64,000 bases of DNA from Escherichia coli. Its GTDB lineage: Bacteria > Pseudomonadota > Gammaproteobacteria > Enterobacterales > Enterobacteriaceae. Positions 1 to 10,642 of the stretch are shown in pieces. The notes beneath the pieces are model-generated. The model saw only the letters and a program-made list of their open reading frames with translations, was not told where the DNA came from and made no database searches. Position 1 is the first letter of the stretch, and each line of letters begins with the position of its first letter. The translations under genes and the position numbers were made by a program. Location of the stretch: assembly GCF_024223415.1 (NCBI RefSeq), contig NZ_CP100500.1, one strand, 5' to 3'.

Positions 1-600
1 GGCGAGTCGGTCAGTCTCTTGTCCGGTGATAAGATGAAATCCCCACCGGTCCCATCTCACCAGATTGTTGATAATGATTTTACTTCCAAATTTACAGGGA
101 GAGTTGGTTTTATAATTCCAGCTCAGTTCCCTGAAGACGTTAATCACTCCCCGCTTAAACACCTCATCCTTGTTCTGGTGCAGTTGTTCAAATGTGCTCA
201 GAATGTTCGCTTCGCTGATTTCCGGAAAATTATCGTACTCCAGTGACCGGTACCATGTATCACGGGCCTGTGCATCCATTAATGACAGCATCCCGGAACG
301 TTGCATCAGGTCACGCCAGATTTCACGGTCAAGGTTGCGGGTAATGGCTTTCATTATGGTTTCCGGTTTCTCAGTCAGCCAGCAACCACAGCGAAAATCC
401 TGTTTCATGGCCCAGTCCGGGGCGGTTTTATCTCCAATACTTTCTGTCATTGCTGAGATTTCTGTCAGTTGCCGGATAAGTGTGTCGATTTGCATCAGTG
501 TGGTCTTTCGTACAGCCAGAATGTGTCCGATTGAGGTGGAACAGATAACGTCCGTATGCCCGTTGACCACTTCAGGACGGGAGATTGTGATACCTGACAT
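1..600 (-). CDS. Conserved island-terminus protein (DUF4942-like), partial; 3' end lies beyond window start
   Basis: Minus-strand ATG at 600-598 (MSGITISRPEVVNGHTDVICSTS...), open to position 1; lies downstream of yeeW as in CP4-type islands; truncated paralogous start at 49261-49420. Confidence 0.6.
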   Translation of the reverse strand, partial: MSGITISRPEVVNGHTDVICSTSIGHILAVRKTTLMQIDTLIRQLTEISAMTESIGDKTAPDWAMKQDFRCGCWLTEKPETIMKAITRNLDREIWRDLMQRSGMLSLMDAQARDTWYRSLEYDNFPEISEANILSTFEQLHQNKDEVFKRGVINVFRELSWNYKTNSPCKFGSKIIINNLVRWDRWGFHLITGQETDRLA

Positions 601-684
601 AATCGTTTTTCCTTTTTGCCGATAAATGAAAACGTCAGCCCTGTTCAGGCTGGCGTCAGTGGAGTGAAGTATAGTGAGTGAGAC

Positions 685-1038
685 TCACGCGCTCAGGTGA
701 ATGAGTTGCAGGTGACGCAGGGTACGGACATCTTCCCTGGCCTGTTCGATACAGGGCAACAATGCTGCCGAATCCGTTTTATCCTCATTGTTGTCAAAGA
801 TAATCCCCGATTCGCAGTCGGATATTGTCCTGCAGCCACGCAATGTTGTAAACGGTGGTGGAGTGCAGGTTGACTGCTGGTCAGGGTCGTCCACCACGCG
901 GAGTGAATAACCGTATTCAGCGACCTTGTTAATCAGTTCAGTGAGCTCAACACCATCAATGTCAACGACAATTCGCCCTATATTCAGTGCCTGTACGTTA
1001 ACGCTGTCTGCTTCCAATGTCAGGGCCAGTTTCATCAT
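685..1038 (-). CDS. yeeW: YeeW-like protein (DUF5983)
   Basis: 117-aa ORF overlapping the cbtA stop by 4 bp; conserved position after the CbtA toxin gene. Confidence 0.7.
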   Translation of the reverse strand: MMKLALTLEADSVNVQALNIGRIVVDIDGVELTELINKVAEYGYSLRVVDDPDQQSTCTPPPFTTLRGCRTISDCESGIIFDNNEDKTDSAALLPCIEQAREDVRTLRHLQLIHLSA

Positions 1039-1409
1039 TTCGCCTCCGGATACTTACCCAGGGTAATGTTATTTACCGTTCTGTAATTGTCGCGGGTCAT
1101 CAGGCCGGTCGCCCTGCGAGCCCGGAGGATATCGATGCTGTTTATTAACTGAGAGCGGGTACAGGTGCTGAATCCCGGCTGGTCGGTACGCACCAGCGCG
1201 TATTTTTCCACGAGAAAGTTCACCGCATCACACAGTGAAATGCCAGCCTCAATATGCTGCTCAATCACACGTTCATCGGCAAACGGTGTGTCATGCAGTG
1301 TGAGGCCGTAATGCTGGTCCAGCAGCCGGGTCAGCAGTATCTGCCAGATTTCAAGCGGAGACGGGCGTGAACTGGCCGCTTGCTTGGGTAATACAGGTAA
1401 TGTTTTCAT
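1035..1409 (-). CDS. cbtA: CbtA (YeeV) family toxin, cytoskeleton-binding type IV TA toxin
   Basis: 124 aa, MKTLPVLP...ILLTRLLDQHYGLTLHDTPF... near-identical to remembered E. coli YeeV/CbtA. Confidence 0.9.
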   Translation of the reverse strand: MKTLPVLPKQAASSRPSPLEIWQILLTRLLDQHYGLTLHDTPFADERVIEQHIEAGISLCDAVNFLVEKYALVRTDQPGFSTCTRSQLINSIDILRARRATGLMTRDNYRTVNNITLGKYPEAK

Positions 1410-1454
1410 TTTAAGTTCTCAGTAATGGGGGAGATAAAGGTGAGATATTCGGGA

Positions 1455-1817
1455 TTATGCTGTTGTTGCGGGAACTGCTGGTGTCGGATAAACAGCCATA
1501 TAAACGTAGCCACAACTGCCGAGGGTGTCGGCTTCGCAGGTCAGCCCTTTTGCATACAGCGTGACGGTATGCTGATGACGGGGACTGAGTTCACCGCTGG
1601 TGAGCATTAATTCCAGTTGTTTCATCAGCAGCGGAAAGGCCTGGTCCGGATGGTATGCATCTGCGTCGCTGAAGCGGCCTCTGATACCGGCGCGGTCGGC
1701 AAGGTAATGCAACCGGTTACCCTCCTGCACCAGACAGGCCCCGAAACAGGGCGTCACGGTGCAGGGTAGTCCCCACCAGGGGCGGTCGTGATTGTCGTCG
1801 GGGAGTGTGTCTGACAC
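1455..1817 (-). CDS. cbeA: CbeA (YeeU) family antitoxin
   Basis: 120 aa, MSDTLP..DNHDRPWWGLPCTVTPCFGA...; immediately upstream of cbtA. Confidence 0.9.
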   Translation of the reverse strand: MSDTLPDDNHDRPWWGLPCTVTPCFGACLVQEGNRLHYLADRAGIRGRFSDADAYHPDQAFPLLMKQLELMLTSGELSPRHQHTVTLYAKGLTCEADTLGSCGYVYMAVYPTPAVPATTA

Positions 1818-1892
1818 GATAAAGTCCTCACAGAAAATCGGTTAAGAATGGTCCGGTAGTGGCGATAATTCTGCTCATCAGAATGCCCTGAC

Positions 1893-2114
1893 TCAGTTCA
1901 GGGTGACACTCATCAGGCGGACATACGGGCCAAAACTGTCCTTACGGCGTTCTGCAAATACAGCCAGCACACCGGGAATATCCTGCACTTCACGACCGGT
2001 ATACGCCTCAGCACTGCCGTGCCAGCGGTATTTACCGGTACAGAACGGAAAAAGACGGGATGTCGGATGTTGTTGGTGAATACGCATGGCTTCACCACGG
2101 GTGATAATTTTCAT
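1893..2114 (-). CDS. yeeT: YeeT-like protein (DUF987)
   Basis: 73-aa ORF in the conserved position between the radC-like gene and cbeA. Confidence 0.75.
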   Translation of the reverse strand: MKIITRGEAMRIHQQHPTSRLFPFCTGKYRWHGSAEAYTGREVQDIPGVLAVFAERRKDSFGPYVRLMSVTLN

Positions 2115-2176
2115 AATGGGATACCTCTGAAGACAGAAGATAAAAGTGAAAACAGGTGTGATGTGGTTGTGACGGG

Positions 2177-2668
2177 TTAAAGCAGACCATGTTCGGCAAA
2201 GGAGAAAACCTGGCTGCCACCGACTATCAGATGGTCCGGCACCCGGATATCCACCAGGCCCAGTGCCTGTACCAGACGTTCCGTGATAAGGCGGTCTGCC
2301 TTGCTGGGTGTGACTTCACCGGACGGGTGATTGTGCGCCAGCACCACGGCAGCGGCATTGTGGTACAGGGCGCGTTTAATCACTTCCCGGGGATGGACTT
2401 CCGTGCGGTTGATGGTGCCGGTGAAGAGGGTTTCACCGGCAATCAGCTGATTCTGGTTATTCAGATACAGCACCCGGAATTCTTCACGCTCCAGTCCCGC
2501 CATGTTCAGAATCAGCCATTCCCGTGCCGCACGGGTGGAGGTGAAGGCCACGCCGGGTTCATGAAGATGGCGGTCCAGGGCTTTCAGGGCCCGCTGAATG
2601 AGGCTGCGCTCGCCGGGCGTCATCGCTCCGGGCAGAAAGGAAAGCTGCTGCATTGTCCCTGCCTCCAT
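2177..2668 (-). CDS. yeeS: RadC-like JAB-domain protein (YeeS/YfjY family)
   Basis: 163 aa with JAMM-like motif HNHPSGEVTPSKADRLIT. Confidence 0.85.
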   Translation of the reverse strand: MEAGTMQQLSFLPGAMTPGERSLIQRALKALDRHLHEPGVAFTSTRAAREWLILNMAGLEREEFRVLYLNNQNQLIAGETLFTGTINRTEVHPREVIKRALYHNAAAVVLAHNHPSGEVTPSKADRLITERLVQALGLVDIRVPDHLIVGGSQVFSFAEHGLL

Positions 2669-3154
2669 TCAGTCGATAATGCGCATAATGGCGCTGCATT
2701 CCGGATGCTGCAGGGCGTAATCCCGCAGCCGGTAATAATGGACCGTCATGGCATAACACTCCGTACGACAGGCATGATGACTGTACGTCATCAGACAGGC
2801 AGCAATGCCGGCGGCTTCCGGGCTCATTTCAGCGCGGTTACCGTTCATGGCATTGAACAGTACCCATGTTTCGTCATCATCGTCATCCGGTTCGGGTGCC
2901 ATAAATGCCCCGCCATTGTTCAGGGTGTACAGATTCCAGATACCACCGCAGTAGTCTTCGCACAGACGGTCCATCCAGCCGAAGACACGGGGCTCCAGGG
3001 CCACCCACTGTGGAATGAGGCCAAAGTGCTGCGGCCAGAAGCTGATGCGCTGTTCATCAGGGACTATGGTGGCAACCAGTTGAGACTGGTTATTCCCTGA
3101 TGCAACGGTTACGGAAACAGAAGGTGTGGTGGAATTATGCGAAGAGGTTGTCAT
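2669..3154 (-). CDS. Antirestriction protein (ArdB/KlcA-like, YfjX family)
   Basis: Acidic DDDDDE stretch and conserved island position; start chosen at MTTSSHN after an AGGA ribosome-binding site. Confidence 0.8.
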   Translation of the reverse strand: MTTSSHNSTTPSVSVTVASGNNQSQLVATIVPDEQRISFWPQHFGLIPQWVALEPRVFGWMDRLCEDYCGGIWNLYTLNNGGAFMAPEPDDDDDETWVLFNAMNGNRAEMSPEAAGIAACLMTYSHHACRTECYAMTVHYYRLRDYALQHPECSAIMRIID

Positions 3155-3245
3155 GAGATTATTCCTTATAAAAAGCAAATGAATGGAAGAATGCCTGGGG
3201 ACTGGTACAGACGTGAGTCAGGGCTGCACTTTCAGGGAAACAGCA

Positions 3246-4064
3246 TCAGCGCAGGCTCTCCAGCAGCGTTTCTGCCATCACCCACAATGCGCGGTTGAGC
3301 CTAATGTCCGTGTCGATGCTGTGAATGGCACGGGTGTGGATACGTTTTCCTTTAGCGCTGCGACCGGAAATCCCGCCTTTCAGCATATTCTCCTGGATGG
3401 TCTGATATGCACTCCACAGGTCCTTACCGTAATCCTCCCTGCGTCGTGGCGTCAGAATGTCGGCGGTGGTGACCGGCTGATGTTCGTCACCATAACGGTA
3501 AGTCAGTGCCGCCTGTGCCAGCGCCTGACGTGCCGGTGGCGGCAGGACCAGAGACTGCATGGCATCACGCTTTTCCTCAATCCGGTCAAAAACGCCCACT
3601 ACCTCGTAAGCCCCTTCAATGACTCTGTCCACCACATTTCCCCGGTGGGGCACACGGACTTCCCCCAGAGACTGACCGCAGACGCAGCCGTTCTGGCAGA
3701 CGAATCTGAAGTAACCCGGCAGCATCTGGTAGCTGGAGGTACCGTCATGGGAGTTGAGCAGAATAATTTCAGGGACATGTTGTCCGGTTATCTCCCCGGC
3801 CCGCCGCAGACGCAGCATGTGTCTGGTGTATCCCCGGCGGCCCGGGTCGCGCACGCGGGTCTGGCAGGCGAAGAATGGCTGAAAACCTTCCCGCTGCAGG
3901 CTTTCCAGTACGGTGATGGTGGGAATGTACGCATAGCGTTCACTGCGGGAGGTATGCCGATCTTCCCCAAAAATACTGGGTACATAGTGCATCAGTTCTT
4001 CATGTGTCAGCGGACGGTCACGGCGTATCTGGTTTACATGACCAAAACGACTTGCTAATCGCAT
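3246..4064 (-). CDS. DUF932 family protein (YfjQ/YafZ-like)
   Basis: 272-aa ORF in the conserved position downstream of the island GTPase. Confidence 0.8.
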   Translation of the reverse strand: MRLASRFGHVNQIRRDRPLTHEELMHYVPSIFGEDRHTSRSERYAYIPTITVLESLQREGFQPFFACQTRVRDPGRRGYTRHMLRLRRAGEITGQHVPEIILLNSHDGTSSYQMLPGYFRFVCQNGCVCGQSLGEVRVPHRGNVVDRVIEGAYEVVGVFDRIEEKRDAMQSLVLPPPARQALAQAALTYRYGDEHQPVTTADILTPRRREDYGKDLWSAYQTIQENMLKGGISGRSAKGKRIHTRAIHSIDTDIRLNRALWVMAETLLESLR

Positions 4065-4154
4065 GATTTGCTCCTTATGAATGAGTTAGCGGTATAAATG
4101 AAAAAGCCGCGTCTCCCGGAGAAGACGCGGCCTGACCGATGAAATGAATGACGT

Positions 4155-4388
4155 TTATTGTCTGAGAAGCCCTTCACTGGCGAGCCACGCATTAAGTTGT
4201 TTGCCGGCATCGTATTCAAAATTCCAGCACCGCCAGCGCAACTGACATTCAGCATTGTGGATAACCAGCCGGAAATGCGTTCCCTGGTCATTTTCGATAA
4301 ACACATTGCGATAAGCTGTTGTGATGGCAACCGCCTGCTCTCGAGAGAAAGGGCCTTCGGGCAATAAAACAGGGTGACAGTCCGACAT
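4155..4388 (-). CDS. UPF0401/DUF905 family small protein (YkfF-like)
   Basis: 77 aa, [13 protein letters not shown]...[10 protein letters not shown]...[15 protein letters not shown] resembles the YkfF family of CP4 islands; family from memory. Confidence 0.55.
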   Translation of the reverse strand: MSDCHPVLLPEGPFSREQAVAITTAYRNVFIENDQGTHFRLVIHNAECQLRWRCWNFEYDAGKQLNAWLASEGLLRQ

Positions 4389-4393
4389 ACCGG

Positions 4394-5071
4394 CTATTTT
4401 CCGATAAATTCAACGCTGGCACCGGTGGCATTACCGTCAGCACCAACCGTGACGGTCACTTTGTCGTACGCACGGTCTTCAGGATTGAACACTTCAAACT
4501 CAACCTTATTGCCTTTTACTTCGTAAGAGCCAAAATCAGCGGTTTCTGTTGTTTCCTCGTCATATTCCCGGGCGTATGCCTGCCGGGCAGCCTGCAGGAC
4601 GGAATCTTTATTAATGGCGGGTGTCTGTTTCGGGGAAAAATCGGCAAGTGATGTGACAAATTTCGGACAGACCTTCAGCATATCACCGCGGGTGAATTCC
4701 ATTCGTACACCAAATGCCTGTAAAACGGACACATCACGCTCTGCTATGGAGTGAACGGCTTTTTTGACCATTTCCGGCGCCTGTCCGACTTCCACCTCAA
4801 CAGCCCTGAATCCTGTCTGCTGATTACACATTTGTGATGTGGGGATCAGGTTACCGTTAATATTGATACGGCTGCCCAGGAGCGTCTGTACACCATTCGG
4901 GCATCCCTGCATCAGGCCGGTAATACCAATCGTGCCATTTTTCAGCATTACCAGCGCCTGACCATCTTCCGTCATGGTCTGACACCAGCCGTTTTTGACA
5001 GCCCAGTTGCCGGCGGAGGCGGAGAATGATGCCACAGTGAACAGCAGGGGAAAAAGAATTCTGGTATTCAT
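4394..5071 (-). CDS. Secreted hypothetical protein
   Basis: 225 aa with N-terminal signal peptide ([20 protein letters not shown]); same strand and spacing as neighbouring island genes. Confidence 0.6.
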   Translation of the reverse strand: MNTRILFPLLFTVASFSASAGNWAVKNGWCQTMTEDGQALVMLKNGTIGITGLMQGCPNGVQTLLGSRININGNLIPTSQMCNQQTGFRAVEVEVGQAPEMVKKAVHSIAERDVSVLQAFGVRMEFTRGDMLKVCPKFVTSLADFSPKQTPAINKDSVLQAARQAYAREYDEETTETADFGSYEVKGNKVEFEVFNPEDRAYDKVTVTVGADGNATGASVEFIGK

Positions 5072-5189
5072 GACTGACCTCTGAAATTAAAGAGCGTGTT
5101 ATTGATAATGACAGACGGTATACGGCAGTGGTTACCGTAATCCGTTGTCGTGTAAAGGTATACGGTTGCCACGGGGGACTCCGGGGCGC

Positions 5190-6074
5190 TCAGAACAGGT
5201 GATCCCACAGTGTGACCAGCAGGTGGATAATGCGGTCCCGGGTTTTGCGCAGAAGCTGTAACATCCAGGCCGGAAAACTGAAACGGGCAACGGCGTCGTC
5301 AAAACTTTTCCCGATGGTTTCACCAAAAGTCTGTTGTGCGTGTTTCCGGGCCTGTTCAGAGCGGTTTTCCCCCCGGATATGTGAATAAACCGCACTGGTT
5401 GCCTGTGGTGGCAGTGCGTGGATCATCAGCGACACAAACGCCGGAAGGTTCCAGCCGACAGGTGCGGCAACGGAGAGTACCGGAAATGATGAAGGGAACA
5501 GGGTTGCCACCCGGGCTGTCACCGTCGCCAGTGAGAGCGCCTGCTGACGGGACGGGCATTTTTCTGTGTCGTTCCATTCTTCAGCAGGAAACACGCGATC
5601 GGCATGGCTGAGAACAAACAGAAAACGCGAGGGATCTGCACCTTCATTCAGTAAAAACTGATGCATGGCAATATCAGCAGCATACGCACGTTCATCAGCC
5701 CGCAGGATCCAGATAATCAGATCCAGTTCGGGCAGTAACTGACTGTAAAGTGCCCGGTATTCCTGATCATGCTGTGGTGTTTCGCCAGTGCCGGGCAGAT
5801 CGACCAGCGTCATTCTTCGTTCACCGGGCTGAAAGGTAAGACGATGAGCCTGACGGGTGCAGCCGTTCAGCGGATGCGTGGCGCAGACACGGGACTGAAA
5901 AATGGCATTGCACAGGCTGCTTTTTCCGGCACCGGATTTACCCATAATGCCAATAACGGGTTCGTACTGAATGACGCTGCGAAGATGTTCAAGGATTTTC
6001 TGGCGAATTTCTTCAGGAAGAAAGGTCAGATGTGACTTTACGTGTGCGGAGAGGGAAGAATGGCTGAATGACAT
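5190..6074 (-). CDS. Island GTPase (YeeP/YkfA/YfjP family)
   Basis: P-loop GIMGKSGAGKSS and DLPGTGE motifs; 294 aa. Confidence 0.85.
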   Translation of the reverse strand: MSFSHSSLSAHVKSHLTFLPEEIRQKILEHLRSVIQYEPVIGIMGKSGAGKSSLCNAIFQSRVCATHPLNGCTRQAHRLTFQPGERRMTLVDLPGTGETPQHDQEYRALYSQLLPELDLIIWILRADERAYAADIAMHQFLLNEGADPSRFLFVLSHADRVFPAEEWNDTEKCPSRQQALSLATVTARVATLFPSSFPVLSVAAPVGWNLPAFVSLMIHALPPQATSAVYSHIRGENRSEQARKHAQQTFGETIGKSFDDAVARFSFPAWMLQLLRKTRDRIIHLLVTLWDHLF

Positions 6075-6174
6075 ACCGTTATCCTGTTGATTTCACTGAA
6101 CCGGATCACATTAATCCGGCCTATCAGTCAGGTAATATGGACGTGAAAATTTTTCCATTGACGGGAAGAAGAGT

Positions 6175-7323
6175 ATGGCTAAAAACAAAGGTATCTGTCG
6201 GAATAAAAAATGCAGCAATCCTGTTTCAGAATTTGATGAGGCAAATGCCCTGAGGTTATGTGATGATCATTATCAGTTATGGAAACGAAATAAAGAGAAC
6301 CGTCGGGTCAGGAATATTTGTCGTATAATCAGTAAATATGACAAAAGTCTGGACCGGGAGATATTTGACAGAGTAATAGATGCTGCAAGAAATCAAACGG
6401 GAAAGAGAATTGTTGAGGACGCAAAAATATTACATCAATTGCGCAATTCAAAGCAAGTAAGAAAAAGTCTTCATAATGGAGTACTCCGGTCACGGGAATG
6501 GCTCAATACACAGGAGTTACTGAGAAGAAAAAATATATCTGTTACAGGTGACTCATTTAAATCTTACATAAAGGATATTGTCAGATTATATTGCTATAAG
6601 TTTCTCTACAGCAGAGAATATCTTAATGAAAACGCATACAAAAAACAATATCAGAGAGTTATTAACCCCAGAGAATTTAATGTTCCGATACTTCAACTTG
6701 AAGTTGCATGGATCAATAATAATTGCCGTTCAAGTGATTCAAGCTCTGATATTATCATCCTTCCCAGGATGATAAGAAGAATGGTTGTATTTAATGATAC
6801 GAAGATAAATAAACAATTAGAGGAAATGTTGGGGGGGATAGCACGAAAAAAAGTCGCAGTAAGGAATAAAGGCGGTCTCTATACCAGAATAAAAAAAGAA
6901 AATGATTTTCGTTCTATGGATAGATTTATGGTGGAAATCGAAAATATCATAAGACCTGAAATATTTCCGACATCAATTTACCCGCCTTTTTCACTTTCAT
7001 TTATCGAGAGAGAATTGCCACTACTGAATCTGGCGCACTCACAGTACAAAAGAGCAATAAGTAAAAAAGTGGCGAATTCAATTTTTTATACTTTGCGAAA
7101 AACTCACGTGGCATTATGGCTGCATCTTGAAATGTTTGCTCTTGTGGCATTCATCAAACTGTATACAGGAAAAGGGTTTGAATTCATGAAAAACATGTGT
7201 GTATTTATAGATTATGATAAAGGGATAATAAAATCCACGCATGAAGAACTGCTGAGTGAAATTAAGTGTAACATTCAGTTGAATTTAAAGGTGAATCCTG
7301 ATAATTTTCCTGAATTAATATAA
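6175..7323 (+). CDS. Orphan hypothetical protein, 382 aa, AT-rich
   Basis: Long uninterrupted ORF in markedly AT-rich DNA; N-terminal Cys/His cluster (C8, C13, C29, H32), Lys/Arg-rich body, hydrophobic segment near the C-terminus; no family recognised by eye. Confidence 0.6.
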   Translation: MAKNKGICRNKKCSNPVSEFDEANALRLCDDHYQLWKRNKENRRVRNICRIISKYDKSLDREIFDRVIDAARNQTGKRIVEDAKILHQLRNSKQVRKSLHNGVLRSREWLNTQELLRRKNISVTGDSFKSYIKDIVRLYCYKFLYSREYLNENAYKKQYQRVINPREFNVPILQLEVAWINNNCRSSDSSSDIIILPRMIRRMVVFNDTKINKQLEEMLGGIARKKVAVRNKGGLYTRIKKENDFRSMDRFMVEIENIIRPEIFPTSIYPPFSLSFIERELPLLNLAHSQYKRAISKKVANSIFYTLRKTHVALWLHLEMFALVAFIKLYTGKGFEFMKNMCVFIDYDKGIIKSTHEELLSEIKCNIQLNLKVNPDNFPELI

Positions 7324-7984
7324 ATATACAATTCATGCTTTAGTAAAAATATATTGTTGTATGATGTTCAGGATGATGGTTTTAAATGGTGTTTATGATG
7401 TGAAAATATTAAATTTATATTACATTTTAATTATCGACAAAAAACACATAAAGAAATCTAAAGGGAATGAGCGTCAAATGAGCTGATATAGCGCCAGTTT
7501 GGTATGGTCATGTGATTTGATGATTAAAGCTTACGGATAATAACACTCCTCTGTGAGCCATATAAATGAGCATGCCATAATCGTCAGTTCAGAGATAAAA
7601 CTGACTGAATGATCTTATGTTATAGTAAGCAGTGTTTACCGGATACGATGACTTATCTCTCTCACATCATATGGATTCACTTTCATGGGGTAAAGCGATG
7701 GGACTACAGACGCTGATTATGATGGTTTGCTGTAAAGTTAGCACAAGTTTTTGCTGTACAGAATACGGAGTAAGAAAAATAATTCCAGAGTAAATCTGCT
7801 CTGCTTTTGAACAGAAAAGATTCATGCTTACCGTGAAAAACTGAAACCAACATTCAGTCTGCATGGATGTCTTAAGATGTTGAGAATGTCGGATATGGTA
7901 TTATATACACCTTTTCCATTAGGTCCTTTTATGTTTTCATTAAGTCGTTTTGTATGTATTCCTCCAGTGATTCATTAGTGCCTG

Positions 7985-8640
7985 TTTACGCATTTACACA
8001 CTTTTCCCATTAATCTCCTTTAAATGTGTTTCATTACGCATTGCTGTACACATTTTTGAACTGATACACATCCAAGTTAGTAAACCTGTCAGTTCTGATT
8101 TTACGTTAACTAAATCAGTTTAATGCTGCTGTAAAACAATCCTTCCTGTTTAAGCAATCAATCTGCTATTCGATTTTACTGATGTGACGTTTAACCTTTC
8201 CTGAGCTTTGGTTGTTTGTGGTTTTTGGTTTGTGTTTCGACGTTAAGCTGAGAAAAGTATCTTTACGCTAAATCAACCCGAACTTTCCTGAGGTGATCTG
8301 ACGTTCTTTTCGATGTGCTTACGACGATTCTGTTAAACGACTTTCTGGATGTTTTGATAACAATCAGATTGAGGCATTAACGATTCCTGACGTTTTGCTT
8401 TTTCATGTAAGGTCATTGTTTTCGTCATGATGTGGTTTTTCTTCTTGCATTGCGAAAGTGTGATGATTGGTTTTGGTTTTTTGATTCAGATGAGATTTAC
8501 GTTATCGATGGTTAATCGTTTTTATGGTGAGTAGTGAAACGTAACATTTTCGGGATGAGAAAATCGATTCTGATGGTGATGGGGATGATCGTGTTACGGC
8601 GTTATCTGTAAACAGGTTTTAAACGTGTCATTCGCATTCG
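7985..8640. repeat. Array of about 11 short ACGTT/ACGCT-core motifs plus CTTTCCTGAG-type repeats in AT-rich non-coding DNA
   Basis: Motifs such as TTACGTT, GACGTT(T/A/C), TTACGCT recur every 30-60 bp; no ORF of 60 aa or more spans the region. Confidence 0.45.
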
Positions 8641-8981
8641 TGATTGAGTTGTGTGATTAAGCTGTAGGTTTTGGCGTTGTTGTTGATTTGCATTGCCAGG
8701 AAGCGTTCTGGTTGCGTTTCTGGTGTTTTGTTCGAATGTTCTGTGGATCCTTTTCCCTTCAGGCTTTTCTCGTCGTCCATGTCGTTTTTAAATCCATTCA
8801 TGCTGTTGTTGCGTGTTTTGCTGCTGTGTGCAGGATTATCTTTTCGTTCCGGGATGGTTTGTTCCGTTTCAATCACTCTTAATCAGAGAGTTGTAGCATT
8901 GCTTAATGACATGATGCCGTAAAGTTTTACCGCGGTGATTAATGATGTGAAGTCAATCCAAATCAACGGAGATCTCTCATC

Positions 8982-9713
8982 ATGAATCAACCAATACACA
9001 ATGCTTACTGGTTATCCCGTTTTGACAGCCTTCTCGACAGTGCCCTGTCGCAGCACCGTGCCGTCTCGTTAATCCGGGTGGATTTACGTTTCCCTGAGTA
9101 TATGCCTGTCACCATCATGGATCCCGATCCGGATTCAGCGGTGATTTCTCGTTTTTTCGAATCCCTGAAAGCCAAAATCCAGGCTTACCAGCGGAAAAAA
9201 CGACGTGCCAACAAGCGTGTGCGTGCAACCACTCTGCGTTATTTCTGGTGTCGGGAGTTTGGCAAGGAAAAAGGCAGGAAACATTATCACGTGATATTGC
9301 TGCTCAACAAAGATACCTGGTGCTCGCCAGGGGATTTCAGCGAACCATCTTCGCTGGCGACGATGATCCTGGAGGCATGGTGCAGCGCCCTGCATCTTGA
9401 GGCCTGGCAAGGCGATGGCCTGGTCCATTTTTCCAGGTGGACGCCTTCCCGTAAACCAGCATCGTCTGATGCTCGCCCTTCTTCCGATGACACGCCTTTG
9501 TCGGGTGGATGTTCTGATACCAGGAAGGCTTCAGAAAAAAAGCCGGGTGAAGCCGCTGTTCTCTGGATCAAGCGTGGTGATGTGGAAGCGCTGCAGAAAG
9601 CCCGGAACAGAGCCAGTTATCTCGTGAAATATGAGACGAAGCAGCATGACGGTTCCGGGCAACGTAATTATGGTTGCAGTCGTGGGCCGGGGCGTCTGCT
9701 GGATGGCAGGTGA
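8982..9713 (+). CDS. Inovirus Gp2-family protein (YagK/YfjJ-like), copy 1
   Basis: 243 aa; HYHVILLLN motif typical of Gp2-family island proteins; preceded by a conserved leader motif. Confidence 0.8.
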   Translation: MNQPIHNAYWLSRFDSLLDSALSQHRAVSLIRVDLRFPEYMPVTIMDPDPDSAVISRFFESLKAKIQAYQRKKRRANKRVRATTLRYFWCREFGKEKGRKHYHVILLLNKDTWCSPGDFSEPSSLATMILEAWCSALHLEAWQGDGLVHFSRWTPSRKPASSDARPSSDDTPLSGGCSDTRKASEKKPGEAAVLWIKRGDVEALQKARNRASYLVKYETKQHDGSGQRNYGCSRGPGRLLDGR

Positions 9714-10039
9714 GCCCTGTAAAACGACATCCGGTGCCTGAGCTTATGCTACAGGACGTTGGCTGACGCCCTTAGCTCGTTTTCTGAAAAAGTCGTCCTG
9801 AAGTCATGCAACGGTATTTTTCTCTGCTTTCGCTCCTGGAAACACTCCGTCGGTAAAACCTTACTGTCCTGCTTAATGATGTGAACCGAAGTCAACGGAG
9901 ATCATTCATTCTGAACCTGCATCCGGTGTTCTGTCCCTTGTCGGTTACCTGATCTTCCCGTTCTGCCGCGGTTTTTCACTTATTCCATCAACCCCATACG
10001 CAAGCCATAACACGTCAGCGCATCCACGGGCAGGACGCG

Positions 10040-10642
10040 TTGTGGGCTGCGTATAACGGAACATATCTTATGAATGCTATCCCTTATTTCGACTATAGCA
10101 TGGCGCCCTTCTGGCCATCTTATCAGAACAAAATCATCGGCGTTCTCAACCGTGTGTTGCGCGAGCAGTCCTGCTCCCGAATACGGCGGATCCTGCTTCG
10201 TCTGCCGGGGGAACATGGCAACATCTTCAGCGACAGAAAAACCTGGTTCGGTATGGCCTTTATCGAAACCGTCAGTGCGCTGATGAATGCAACACCCGGA
10301 CGTGACCTCTGCTGGCTCCTGACTCGTCATCCTGAAAAACCGGAATACCACGTGGTGCTGTGCGTCAGACAGGAGTATTTCGACGGCCCTGAACTGGATC
10401 GGCTGATTCTGGATGCCTGGAGCAACGTACTGGGCTTCGCGTCACCGGGTGAAGCGGCACCGTACCAGAAACAGATAACCCGGGATGTGGTGCTGGACAG
10501 TTGTTCACCGGACTGCGAAGAGAGACTCAAAGAGCTGATATGGGCGTTCAGTGATTTCGCCCGCGATCATCGTGGTGTGCGCGATCCGGAAGCCCGTTAC
10601 CTCGCCGGTAATCCCTGGTATCCCGTAGCAGGCCAGCTCTGA
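10040..10642 (+). CDS. Inovirus Gp2-family protein (YagK/YfjJ-like), copy 2
   Basis: Paralogue of 8982-9713 (EYHVVLCVRQ motif); true start may be the internal Met near 10070. Confidence 0.75.
   Translation: MWAAYNGTYLMNAIPYFDYSMAPFWPSYQNKIIGVLNRVLREQSCSRIRRILLRLPGEHGNIFSDRKTWFGMAFIETVSALMNATPGRDLCWLLTRHPEKPEYHVVLCVRQEYFDGPELDRLILDAWSNVLGFASPGEAAPYQKQITRDVVLDSCSPDCEERLKELIWAFSDFARDHRGVRDPEARYLAGNPWYPVAGQL

Noticed and set aside
2189-4058. Long plus-strand ORFs (2189-3100, 3183-4058)
   Set aside because: They lie antisense to well-supported island genes (radC-like, antirestriction, DUF932) and have no recognisable motifs; treated as shadow ORFs
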